64,000 nucleotides of DNA from an uncultured Anaeromyxobacteraceae bacterium (GTDB taxonomy: Bacteria; Myxococcota_A; UBA9042; DTJE01), in assembly GCA_964522105.1 (NCBI GenBank), contig CAZFVA010000001.1:80343-144342 (forward strand), written 5' to 3'. Each line of letters starts with the position of its first letter. Position 1 is the first letter of the stretch. Below the pieces are notes generated by a model that ran no database searches, had not been told where the DNA came from, and saw only the letters and a program-made list of their open reading frames with translations. The translations under genes were made by a program, and so were the position numbers. Shown piece after piece: positions 17,475 through 26,942 of the stretch.

Positions 17475-19297
17475 TTTCCAGAACCGGGATACCTCTTGCT
17501 GTCTGCAAAAGCCTGTGTAAGGCGTTTGGATCACAGGAACTGTTCGAAAACATTGACCTTACAATCTTTGAAGGCGACCGCCTGTGTATCATCGGGCCGA
17601 ACGGGTCCGGCAAGTCCACGCTGTTGAAGATGCTGATCGGCATTGAAAACATAGATGCCGGCACGATTTCCCTGAAAAAAGACGTACGAATCGGTTACGT
17701 CGAACAAAGCCACAAATTCGACCCTGAAAGCAGCGTCGAGCAGGTCGTACTTGATTCGCTTGGCGGCGTCATGCCGTGCGACGGCGAAAACTTCGGTGAA
17801 CGGGAAGCACTGGTCGCAGCAACGCTTGGCCGTGTTGGATTTACCGACCGCCTGCAGAAGGCCGGAACGCTGTCCGGCGGCTGGATGAAACGCCTTGCAA
17901 TTGCACGGGAAATCGTCCGAAATCCCGACCTGCTGCTGCTGGATGAACCGACGAACCACCTGGATATTGAAGGACTTATCTGGCTTGAAGACATGCTGAC
18001 ACGCGCGTCATTTTCTGTCGTCGCGGTCAGCCATGACAGACGCTTCCTTGATTCGTTTTCCAACAGAATTGTCGAGCTCAGCAGGCGTTACCCGGAAGGC
18101 AGCTTCCAGATAGACGGCAACTACTCGGACTTTCTGGATAAACAGGCCGAATTTTTTGAAAACGAAGCCAAAAGCAGGCTGTCCCTGGAAACAAGGGTCA
18201 AGCGCGAATCAGAGTGGCTGCGCCGAGGCCCGAAAGCCCGCGCAACCAAGGCACATTACCGTGTCGAAGAAGCCCACCGGCTGATAGCCGAACTGAACAC
18301 GGCGAAGTCGCGCGGACGCGTGGCTGAAACCGACTTCGAATTCAGTTCAACGGGCCGGAAAACTAAGCGCCTTCTGGTAATTCGCGGGCTGGAAAAATCG
18401 CTTGGTGGAAAGTTGCTGTTTTCCGGGCTGGATCTGGTGCTTTCGCCCGGTATGCGCATCGGGCTGGTCGGCCCCAATGGCAGCGGAAAGACAACATTCC
18501 TGCGCCTTCTGGCCGAAGACCTGCAACCTGACGATGGCGTGATACGCGCGGCCCCCGGCCTGAAGATCATCTACTTTGACCAGAAGCGCGAAAAGCTTGA
18601 CCCGGCAAAGACGTTGCGACGGACGCTGGCCCCCGATGGCGATTCCGTGTTTTACCGTGATGAACCTGTCCACATCCAGGCGTGGGCCGGCAAATTCAGG
18701 TTCAGACGTGACCAGCTTGATACACCGGTCGGGTCCCTGTCGGGCGGCGAACAGGCCCGCGTCGTAATCGCAGGTCTGATTGTCAGGCAGTGTGACGTTC
18801 TGCTGCTTGATGAACCTACAAATGACCTTGATATCCCGACGCTGGAAGTGCTTGAAGAGACTGTCGCGACGTTCCCGGGCGCGGTAATTCTGGTCACTCA
18901 CGACCGGTATATGCTGGACCGCGTGACGACCGTTACGCTTGGTCTTGACGGCAAAGGCGGCGTTTCCGCATTTGCTGATTTTGACCAGTGGCTGGCGGCG
19001 ATGAAGGAAGCGGCGCGGCCCATCCCCGAAGCGGCCGCCGCGAAAAAGGAACGCCCGAAGCAGAAGAAGAAACTGACGTACACCGAAGAAAAGGAACTGG
19101 CCACCATCGAGCAGCATATTCTGGAGGCCGAAACGAAGCTTGAAGCGGCTCAGACGCGCCTTGGCAGCCCTTTGATCGCGTCAAACCCGGCCGAGCTTCA
19201 GAAGGCATGCGACGCCGAAGCAAAGGCATCAAAGCGGGTCAGCGACCTTTATCACCGGTGGACTGAGCTGGAAGAAAAGCAGAATTCTGAAGAGTGA
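17471..19297 (+). CDS. ABC-F family ATPase (Uup-like, two ABC cassettes, no transmembrane domain)
   Basis: Two Walker A sites (GPNGSGKSTLL, GPNGSGKTTFL) and two signature motifs (LSGGWMKRL, LSGGEQARV). A C-terminal coiled-coil/basic extension is present. It appears to use a TTG start. Confidence 0.85.
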   Translation: MISRTGIPLAVCKSLCKAFGSQELFENIDLTIFEGDRLCIIGPNGSGKSTLLKMLIGIENIDAGTISLKKDVRIGYVEQSHKFDPESSVEQVVLDSLGGVMPCDGENFGEREALVAATLGRVGFTDRLQKAGTLSGGWMKRLAIAREIVRNPDLLLLDEPTNHLDIEGLIWLEDMLTRASFSVVAVSHDRRFLDSFSNRIVELSRRYPEGSFQIDGNYSDFLDKQAEFFENEAKSRLSLETRVKRESEWLRRGPKARATKAHYRVEEAHRLIAELNTAKSRGRVAETDFEFSSTGRKTKRLLVIRGLEKSLGGKLLFSGLDLVLSPGMRIGLVGPNGSGKTTFLRLLAEDLQPDDGVIRAAPGLKIIYFDQKREKLDPAKTLRRTLAPDGDSVFYRDEPVHIQAWAGKFRFRRDQLDTPVGSLSGGEQARVVIAGLIVRQCDVLLLDEPTNDLDIPTLEVLEETVATFPGAVILVTHDRYMLDRVTTVTLGLDGKGGVSAFADFDQWLAAMKEAARPIPEAAAAKKERPKQKKKLTYTEEKELATIEQHILEAETKLEAAQTRLGSPLIASNPAELQKACDAEAKASKRVSDLYHRWTELEEKQNSEE

Positions 19298-19310
19298 CCG
19301 CCGCACCAAT

Positions 19311-20402
19311 TCACTGAAGCATACCGAGCGCGGCGACCATCGCCTCGAATTCAGACGGATCAAGCTGCTGGGCACTGTCGGATCGCGCGACTGCAGGCAT
19401 CGGATGAACTTCGACCATGACGCCTGACGCCCCGGCCGCCAGTGCAGCTTTTGCAAGCGGGACGACCAGATCGCGCCGCCCTGCCGCATGACTTACATCA
19501 ACAATAACGGGCAGTCTGCACATCTGGCGCAACAGCGGCACCGCGCTGATATCAAGCGTGAACCGCGTTTCACGGGCAAACGTACGGATACCGCGTTCAC
19601 ACAGGATAATCTGCGTGTTGCCTTCGCGGGCAACGTACTCGGCGGCCATCAGGAATTCATCAAGGGTCGCCGCAAAACCACGCTTGATAAGGATCGGCCG
19701 ACCGGTCGCCCCGGCCGCCTTCAGCAATTCATAGTTGGCCATGTTGCGCGAACCGATCTGCAGAATGTCGGCACTTGCCGCAACCGCTTCAACCGACCTT
19801 GTGTCAGTCACTTCAGTAACTATTGTCAGGCCATATTCACGCTTGATTTCATCAATAATCGCGAGGGCTTCCAGCCCGAGACCCTGGAAAGAATACGGGG
19901 ATGTACGCGGTTTGAACGCCCCGCCACGCATGAATCCGACACCAAGCCGACACAGCAGCGCGGCGACTTCCCCGGCCTGCCTGACACTTTCGATCGCACA
20001 CGGACCGGCGATAATGACGGGCTTGCCGCCAATTTCACGACCACCGGCCGAAACGATGATGTCAGGCTGCCCGTGGGTGCGCGAAATCTGAAGACTGTCG
20101 GCCCCGGTTGACTCCATGCTTTCTAAAGACGCCCGAAAGATTTCCTTGAAAAGCGCGGTCACGGTGGCGTCGCTGAACGGCCCGGAATTCCTGGCTAAAA
20201 CGGCATCCAGCATTTCCTTTTCGCGGCCGGGACTGAACAAACTGATGTCGTGCTGTTCCTTGACGCTCTGTATCTGAAGAACAAGCCTGGCGCGTTCGTT
20301 CAACAGGTCAAGGATCTGCCCGTTGACATCATCTATCTGCCGCCGAAGCTCGGACAGCTCGCTGCAATCCTTGTCAGACATTGGCCCCTCCGAAACAGAC
20401 AA
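19311..20402 (-). CDS. Bifunctional chorismate mutase / 3-deoxy-7-phosphoheptulonate (DAHP) synthase, Bacillus AroA(Q)/KDO8PS-like type
   Basis: N-terminal AroQ chorismate mutase helix (LSELRRQIDDVNGQILDLLNERARLVLQI) is fused to the DAHPS I-beta core (KPVIIAGPCAIES ... AFKPRTSPYSFQGLG ... GSRNM ... ILCERGIRTF ... VDVSHAAGRRDL). Confidence 0.85.
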   Translation of the reverse strand: MSVSEGPMSDKDCSELSELRRQIDDVNGQILDLLNERARLVLQIQSVKEQHDISLFSPGREKEMLDAVLARNSGPFSDATVTALFKEIFRASLESMESTGADSLQISRTHGQPDIIVSAGGREIGGKPVIIAGPCAIESVRQAGEVAALLCRLGVGFMRGGAFKPRTSPYSFQGLGLEALAIIDEIKREYGLTIVTEVTDTRSVEAVAASADILQIGSRNMANYELLKAAGATGRPILIKRGFAATLDEFLMAAEYVAREGNTQIILCERGIRTFARETRFTLDISAVPLLRQMCRLPVIVDVSHAAGRRDLVVPLAKAALAAGASGVMVEVHPMPAVARSDSAQQLDPSEFEAMVAALGMLQ

Positions 20403-20417
20403 TCAGGACAACGGCAC

Positions 20418-20651
20418 CTACGGCAGAAGGCTCTGGCACTGCTCGTGACAACGTCTTTCGCAATCTGACCGCACGTCATGTGTGTTGAACGATCTCTCAG
20501 TTTCCGGCTGGTCCGACGGCGATGCCGGGCAGCCTTTCAGACACTCGTTAGCACGGGCACGACATTCAGGCGCCACATTAATCGGATAGCAGGCGCAGGC
20601 AAAAGCCGTCGCCACCGCACCAATCAATATACAAACCTTTGTTTTCATCAT
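20418..20651 (-). CDS. Small (77 aa) secreted cysteine-rich peptide
   Basis: Signal peptide MMKTKVCILIGAVATAFACA. The mature ~55 aa carry 10 Cys (CYPINVAPECRARANECLKGCPASP...SDCERRCHEQCQS). It is on the same strand as, and between, two minus-strand genes. A weak GGGG SD is present. Confidence 0.5.
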   Translation of the reverse strand: MMKTKVCILIGAVATAFACACYPINVAPECRARANECLKGCPASPSDQPETERSFNTHDVRSDCERRCHEQCQSLLP

Positions 20652-20697
20652 GAAACCCCGGCGTCAAAACGTTGAAAACGACCAGAAGCCACTAAAA

Positions 20698-22047
20698 CTA
20701 CTCAACAACCAGCGGATCGGTCACCGCATCCGGGTTAATGCCGAACAGCTCGTCCAGAATGTAACCACGGTAAGGGTTAGTCGGAATTGGAATATCGCCG
20801 GACGCCAACCAGAACATCCCGTCCCCGGGCTTGAAAACTATTGAATAGATTGCGCCATTTACCGCGATTGCGCCGCCCTTGTCGTTATTGTCAAAGTCGT
20901 CAGCAGCGTATTCCTCGTCCTTGATCGGGTTGTATCTGTCGCGCAGAACCGATACTGCGACCGGCACGTCAAGCTGCCCGTAAATCGTGTCTTTACCTTC
21001 AGGCGTCAGAAGCTGTTCCAGCCGCATGTACCTTGCATACGTGGACGCATCCTCTTTCTTGGTGTCTTCCCACGGGGTCATTTCAGGAACCGTGAAGTGG
21101 TTGGTAATATAGACCAGTCCGTCGTCACCAAGCTCTTCATAGTACAGGTGCGTTGCAGTCATCTCGAAGATGGCGGCGCGACCTTCCTTTCCGGAAGTAA
21201 CCATCATGTTTTCCGAGCTCATGTGGTTTGCGGTCGTGATGTACGTGATAATTTCATCCATCGTCGTAAAACTGGAAAGGATGTGATTGACCATCTGAGC
21301 ATGGGGCTGCCCTTCCCGATCAAGGTCATTAGTTGAACCATTTTCGTTAGTTGCAACTGTAATGCCTGCAGCATTGATGCCGTTATACGCTGCCACATTA
21401 CCTGGGAACCCCACTACGACGTACGGAATCTTTCCTTCAGAATGACGCACGATAACTGTCGGATATTTCAGCAGATATTCAATATTATCCCAGTCAAGGT
21501 TGCGTCCGTGAAGCAGTTCACCATCTTTAGTCGCAGGCCCGGCAACAGCAAACTGCGAGCAGGCCAGCATGCCGGAATCAACCCAGTCCAGAACGACTTC
21601 GCCATAGGCAAGGGCCATACACCGGTTCATCGTCCAGCCATCTTCACCCGCAACATCGGCCATCCCCTGACACTCATCTTTTGAAGCCGGGTAGCTGTAA
21701 GTCATGGCTTCAGCAATAAATCCAAGACCCTCAGCCAGAGGTTCAAGCAGGCCGAGCTCCGAATTTTCCAGAAAATACACACCGTCGAGCAGTTCATCCT
21801 TCATGAACGTCGCGTGCTGACGACCCATTTCGTATGGCGTTCCTTTCAAATGAAGAATGCGGACATCGCCACGCATCGTCAGTCCGGGCTCGTAATTGGT
21901 AGTCCACCCGATGTCTTCTGTCACATCGCCGGCAACGTCACCAACGGCAACGTCTTCAACTGAATCGAGCGGAGTTTCCACAGACTCGCCACAGGCATTT
22001 ATCAGAAGGGCAGCGGTCAAAGCAGCAATAATTCCCAAAACGCGCAT
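20698..22047 (-). CDS. Secreted lipoprotein, Ntn-hydrolase-like (peptidase C45 / acyltransferase-like) candidate
   Basis: Lipoprotein signal MRVLGIIAALTAALLINAC. Size (449 aa) and the internal GMLACSQFAV context are reminiscent of Ntn-hydrolase precursors. The functional call is weak. Confidence 0.55.
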   Translation of the reverse strand: MRVLGIIAALTAALLINACGESVETPLDSVEDVAVGDVAGDVTEDIGWTTNYEPGLTMRGDVRILHLKGTPYEMGRQHATFMKDELLDGVYFLENSELGLLEPLAEGLGFIAEAMTYSYPASKDECQGMADVAGEDGWTMNRCMALAYGEVVLDWVDSGMLACSQFAVAGPATKDGELLHGRNLDWDNIEYLLKYPTVIVRHSEGKIPYVVVGFPGNVAAYNGINAAGITVATNENGSTNDLDREGQPHAQMVNHILSSFTTMDEIITYITTANHMSSENMMVTSGKEGRAAIFEMTATHLYYEELGDDGLVYITNHFTVPEMTPWEDTKKEDASTYARYMRLEQLLTPEGKDTIYGQLDVPVAVSVLRDRYNPIKDEEYAADDFDNNDKGGAIAVNGAIYSIVFKPGDGMFWLASGDIPIPTNPYRGYILDELFGINPDAVTDPLVVE

Positions 22048-22148
22048 GGCGATTCCCCGCAATGATTGGACATAAATAGCGGACACCTGCCCGCCTCACA
22101 CAAGATGATAGCTGAAAAGTGAAGGCGGCGTCAGCGGACAGATGAATT

Positions 22149-25100
22149 TTACTGAACGACTTCCAACTGAACGGGGCCAAGCAGGCCGGTGGCAATAATC
22201 GTATCGGCCTTCTTCGAAAACTGCACGGCGGTCGGATCTTTCGCCATGCCAAGCCCGACCAGACGGTTACGAAGTGCAGGAACTACGGTGACTTCAATTG
22301 TATTGGTCCCGGATTCCAGCAGGCCAGTCACGTCCATTTTGAAAGGCTCGGCGATGACTTCGGTCGGATTTGAACCGTTGACCGATACCAGCGCGGCACC
22401 ATGGACGCGGCCAAGGTTCAGCCACATCTTATGCTGCATCGGGGATTCAGCGTCAGGGTCATAAGCCGGGTTCAGAGCATCCATTTCAATTGAAACAACC
22501 GCTGTGTACACGCCCTGCGATGACGAATACTTCAGCGCTTCGACATCGCGCCAGTCAACAAGATTAGCGTTAACGGCTTCGTACGTACCGCCCGAGACAT
22601 CATCGCCTGTGACCTTCAATGTCCACAACGGGATCGACTGGACAGGCGTAACCTGCCCTGCCAGCGGCACCATGCCGCCATAATCTTCGCCTTCAGGCGG
22701 TTCGTTGATGCCGCACGCAATTATCCGCGATCCATAAGCCGGAAATGCGATCGTGACGGTACCCGCATCACCCGAGCGCTCAAACTCAAGCTGCCGGGAA
22801 GCGCCGGTGGCAGGATCAAGCAACAGCGCATGCGTGCAGTCCAATCGCGTCGTAATAGTGACTTCCTGTTCCAAATCGATCGGATTGCGCAGGAACACAA
22901 GATGGCCATTGTCCGAAAGGGCGCGATGAATCATGCGGGTCGAGGAAATCTGATTAAACTGAAAAATCGGCATCAACCCGACATCAACCAGCGCAGGTTG
23001 CAGACCTGCACAGGTGAACAGGAACGGATTACCATTTTCTTGCGTTGACGGGGTCTCGATGATTGGAACCTCCGCGCCCGCAGCAGACGCCGCAATTCCT
23101 TCAAACGCAGCCTTAACCGCCGCATCGCCGTTTTCATAATCATTGAACCCGGGCTGAACGGCAGGGGCATCACCGACAACGACAACCGGCAGACCGGCAT
23201 CGGCCATGGCCTTCAGATTGGCCGCAGCGGCAGGCTGCATCCACGGGGCACGCATCACAACGACGCCACTGTAGGTCGCTCCGGCTATCGACAACTTGCC
23301 GTCCTTGACGACCGCACGCGACAACACATCGTCATTGGTCCATTCCCAGGTGTAGCCCATTATTTCCAGCGAATTCAGCATGGGCCACACGGCCCCAAGC
23401 CACCACGCCGACTGTTCAGGTTTGAACCCGCCGAACAGGCCCTGAACAATCCCGAGCATCTCATCCTGGCCGGCCGCAACTTCGTCGCCAAACGCGCCTT
23501 TGTAGAAGTCTTCATAATGTTCGCGCAGCGCCATGATCGACGCGGGCATCCCGACATACGGATAATAGACCAGCAGATCGGCCTGCGGGGCCCCCTGCCG
23601 CAGCGCATACTGAACCCGCGACACGTACTTGTTGATGGTGTACATGAACTGCCAGAAAGGGTTGGCCTCCGACACGTTTTCGGAATACGTGCCGCCTGAA
23701 AAAGGCGACGAAAACGCATGCCAGTCGGTAATGCCATAAACAGCGTCACCAGTCTTGTACGGGAAACCGTGGTAAGTGACTGAATTCACTCCGGAAGTAA
23801 ACAACTTATCAAGCCACGCCTTCATCTTTGTCGGGGTCGTCATGTAATCGCGACCTGACGAAACAAGCGACTCGGCCGAAATGACATTCTTCCCGTACTG
23901 GTGCCCGCCCGATGTGACGGCCTTGATCGCCAGTTCCGAGCCACCGGCATAAAGCTGTTCAGTTTCCGGTGTATCCGCCGCCCCGGCCGCCTTGATAACA
24001 TCAATCTTCAAGCCGTAAGGCTGGATCCTGAACTTCAAACCATTTTCACCGGCCCATGCTGTACTGGTACCGATGAAACGTTCAATAAACAGATCGGACA
24101 CCGTCTGCTGATAGTCGCGGGCAACACGTTCGTCCATTTCAGAAAACTTGAACGGACATCTGGTGGCGATACCTGCGCCATCAAAGATGTGATTATCCGC
24201 ACCGGGGGAAACGACTGCAGGCAGCAGCGGCCGCACGTCATATCCCCTTAACTCCTTGAACTTATCAAAGAAATCCGCCGTAAAGTGCCGTTCAGTCTTC
24301 AATTCAAAGCTGTCAACAAAGACGCCGCGCACAGCGGTCCCGAACAGGTCAGCCAGACCGTTCTGACTGCCCGAAAGGTAATCAACACTGGTCCTGACAA
24401 GGTCAGCGTCAAAATGGTCAACGGCGAACGCATCCCGGGGTGCAGGCAACGCATTCAGGTTCACATACTCGCCGTCGGGACATGAATAAAAGCCAATTAC
24501 GCGCCAGTCACCGGCAGGTGCCGCCCATTCAAGCTTGCCGTCAGCCGACACCTTGTCTGTCAGCATCACAACCGACGCCGGATCCAATTCAAGCTGATCT
24601 GTCAGGTCATACACGTCGGCCGCATTGCGAACGCCACCGGTCTTTTTCGCGGCCATGACCTCGACGACCTTACATTCATCAGGCAGGTAGCGGGCCATCG
24701 GTTCACCGATACTTTCAGCCAGCACCGCAACTTCATAAAACGGCTCGGGACCCGGTTTTTCGAACTTCAGATTGACCGTTGCGGGGCCGGCAACCGTTTC
24801 TTCAGACCACAGAAGGGTCTGCATCGAATCGCCGACCGCCACATGAGCACCGCCGACAGGCCATCCCGAACCAAGCGTGACGTCCAACTGAATGCCGTTC
24901 TGAACAGCAGAATTGGCCGCCTTCCTGACGTGGGCCCAATATGAATCCGAACCCCACGCCAGTCTGCGCGCCATCTCTTCATCTGATGCGTCGTTGTTCA
25001 GCGCGGCGTTGAAAGACTGAAGCTCGGCGCCGCCAAAGAATGACGACGACAGGATGGCCGTTTCGCGAAGGATTTCTTCGTCTTCAACGTCATCCCCCGG

Positions 25101-25247
25101 CCACCACCACCTGACCCAGGGGCGATATTCGGCGGACGGACTGTCCCACTCGGACCAGTTAACAGAGAGTCGGGACAAGACGGGATCGGCACAGCCGGAA
25201 CCGACTGTCAGCATCGCAACCAGAACAAAAGCCAGCCTGAATTTCAT
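22149..25247 (-). CDS. Large (~1030 aa) secreted lipoprotein, putative glycoside hydrolase-like multi-domain enzyme
   Basis: Signal/lipobox MKFRLAFVLVAMLTVGSGC. The N-terminal PWVRWWWPGDD block and the size resemble large Bacteroidetes-type glycosidases. No catalytic motif was confirmed by eye. Confidence 0.65.
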   Translation of the reverse strand: MKFRLAFVLVAMLTVGSGCADPVLSRLSVNWSEWDSPSAEYRPWVRWWWPGDDVEDEEILRETAILSSSFFGGAELQSFNAALNNDASDEEMARRLAWGSDSYWAHVRKAANSAVQNGIQLDVTLGSGWPVGGAHVAVGDSMQTLLWSEETVAGPATVNLKFEKPGPEPFYEVAVLAESIGEPMARYLPDECKVVEVMAAKKTGGVRNAADVYDLTDQLELDPASVVMLTDKVSADGKLEWAAPAGDWRVIGFYSCPDGEYVNLNALPAPRDAFAVDHFDADLVRTSVDYLSGSQNGLADLFGTAVRGVFVDSFELKTERHFTADFFDKFKELRGYDVRPLLPAVVSPGADNHIFDGAGIATRCPFKFSEMDERVARDYQQTVSDLFIERFIGTSTAWAGENGLKFRIQPYGLKIDVIKAAGAADTPETEQLYAGGSELAIKAVTSGGHQYGKNVISAESLVSSGRDYMTTPTKMKAWLDKLFTSGVNSVTYHGFPYKTGDAVYGITDWHAFSSPFSGGTYSENVSEANPFWQFMYTINKYVSRVQYALRQGAPQADLLVYYPYVGMPASIMALREHYEDFYKGAFGDEVAAGQDEMLGIVQGLFGGFKPEQSAWWLGAVWPMLNSLEIMGYTWEWTNDDVLSRAVVKDGKLSIAGATYSGVVVMRAPWMQPAAAANLKAMADAGLPVVVVGDAPAVQPGFNDYENGDAAVKAAFEGIAASAAGAEVPIIETPSTQENGNPFLFTCAGLQPALVDVGLMPIFQFNQISSTRMIHRALSDNGHLVFLRNPIDLEQEVTITTRLDCTHALLLDPATGASRQLEFERSGDAGTVTIAFPAYGSRIIACGINEPPEGEDYGGMVPLAGQVTPVQSIPLWTLKVTGDDVSGGTYEAVNANLVDWRDVEALKYSSSQGVYTAVVSIEMDALNPAYDPDAESPMQHKMWLNLGRVHGAALVSVNGSNPTEVIAEPFKMDVTGLLESGTNTIEVTVVPALRNRLVGLGMAKDPTAVQFSKKADTIIATGLLGPVQLEVVQ

Positions 25248-25474
25248 ATAATCACCACGGGATTTGATTGAGCGACTCATCAAATGACCTTTTATCAGGG
25301 TGTACCGGGTCGTAACGACGCCCACAGTATAGATGAATCTGACAGGATTTCAGCGCAGGAACTTAGTCCTGAAAAATTTGCTGAACTTGTGCCGCAAACG
25401 TTCAGATTTTGCTAAGCTTCCGGGATTGTAATTCCGACCGGCAAAAGTCGGTTGGTCAGGACTGAAAAAACAGG

Positions 25475-26923
25475 ATGAAAGACATGAAGAACCTGCGATT
25501 TGCGATGTTACCGGCAGTCCTTATGGCCTTAAGTTTCGGCACAGGCTGCAGTTCATCGAATGTACCTGCTGATACGACTGTCCATCAGGATATTGTGGCT
25601 GACACAGGGACAGATACCGTTGCCGATGCGACCGACACAAATGTCCCGGACACAACTGACACAGCTTCGCCGGATGTTGTCACACCTGATGACAGCACCA
25701 TTGCTGATGATACCGAACCGGGCGATACCGCGGTTGACGCTTCCGACACCACGGACACAACACCTGAATTTGTCTGGGCTTCCGGCTGCGAAGGCAGCGG
25801 CACCGGCGCAGCGTGGACAATGATCGAAGACCATACTTTCCTGCGCGGCCCGCTGATTCAGATGTCCGACAGAAACACTGTCACCGTCGTGTGGCGCACC
25901 GCAGTCCGAAGTGACAACGAAGGCTGCGTTGACTACGAAGTCGACAGCGAAACGCTGACGGCATGTGGCATGGCCGACAAAAACGGCCAGTATGAAATCA
26001 CGCTGAATGACCTGCCGGTGGAAACTGAAATCACATACTCGGCGCGGGTTGGCGACGTGAAAACCGGTGATCTGACGTTCAGGACAATGCCGAACACCCC
26101 GAAGCCTATGAAATTTGCTGTATTTGCCGACGCCCACAACAACTTCGAAAACCTGCAGAAGATGACGGCCGTCGCGCTTGCCGAAGGCGTTGACTTCGCG
26201 TTCGGCGTCGGCGATTTCGTTCATCAGGCTGAAACCATTCAATATGACGAGTTATTTCAGGGATTCCAGGATCTTGGAAGCCGCGTAAACATCTGGAGCG
26301 TCATCGGCAATCATGACTCGGGCAGCGAAGAATACTTCGGTTCCTTCGTCGTCCCGGCAGGCAGCCAGGACCCGTATGACATCGAGCACGGATACGCGGA
26401 AGGCTGGTGGGATCGGCGCATCGGAAACGTCTGGCTTGGCGGCGGCTGGGTCCGCGACTTTTACATCTCGGGTCCCGATTCGGACTTCGGCGAAGTCGGC
26501 TGGTTCAGGCAGCAGTTCCAGAAAAACCATTTCAAGACGGCTCAGTGGAAGCTGTTCTTCATCCATGAACCGCCGTACTGCCAGGGCTGGGGCGGATGCA
26601 ATTATGACGGCGAATCGTGCCTGCGCCCGTCGCTGGTTCCGATGGCGGCACAGAACGGCATTCAGGCCACCTTCCACGGTCACATGCACGGTTATGAATA
26701 TGGCGAATCGGAAGGCGTCAAAATATTCATACCGGGCGGTCTGGGCGGCGAACTGGACTACTTCTGCGAAAACAGCACGCCCCCGCAGCCATGGGCATAC
26801 AATTACGTCCATAACTTCGCCATCGTAGAGACGAATTGCGACAAGATGATCGTCCGCTTCATGGGCCTTGACGGTGTTGAACTTGACCGCGTTGAAGTAC
26901 CGTATGTCGCCCCGACCGAATAG
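25475..26923 (+). CDS. Secreted metallophosphoesterase (calcineurin-like) lipoprotein, paralog 1
   Basis: Lipoprotein signal ..LSFGTGC and a D/T-rich tether. The metallophosphoesterase motifs appear in order: FAVFADAHNN (DxH), GVGDFVHQ (GDxx), VIGNHDSG (GNHD/E), FHGHMHGYEYG (GHxH). Confidence 0.8.
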   Translation: MKDMKNLRFAMLPAVLMALSFGTGCSSSNVPADTTVHQDIVADTGTDTVADATDTNVPDTTDTASPDVVTPDDSTIADDTEPGDTAVDASDTTDTTPEFVWASGCEGSGTGAAWTMIEDHTFLRGPLIQMSDRNTVTVVWRTAVRSDNEGCVDYEVDSETLTACGMADKNGQYEITLNDLPVETEITYSARVGDVKTGDLTFRTMPNTPKPMKFAVFADAHNNFENLQKMTAVALAEGVDFAFGVGDFVHQAETIQYDELFQGFQDLGSRVNIWSVIGNHDSGSEEYFGSFVVPAGSQDPYDIEHGYAEGWWDRRIGNVWLGGGWVRDFYISGPDSDFGEVGWFRQQFQKNHFKTAQWKLFFIHEPPYCQGWGGCNYDGESCLRPSLVPMAAQNGIQATFHGHMHGYEYGESEGVKIFIPGGLGGELDYFCENSTPPQPWAYNYVHNFAIVETNCDKMIVRFMGLDGVELDRVEVPYVAPTE

Positions 26924-26942
26924 CCCGCTTAGAGGTAACACA

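Noticed and set aside
18347-19117. 256-aa antisense ORF inside the ABC-F gene
   Set aside because: It is a shadow ORF. The sense strand encodes two complete ABC cassettes.
19488-20111. 207-aa plus-strand ORF antisense to the chorismate mutase/DAHP synthase gene
   Set aside because: It is Arg-rich off-frame translation. The minus strand encodes a well-supported bifunctional enzyme.
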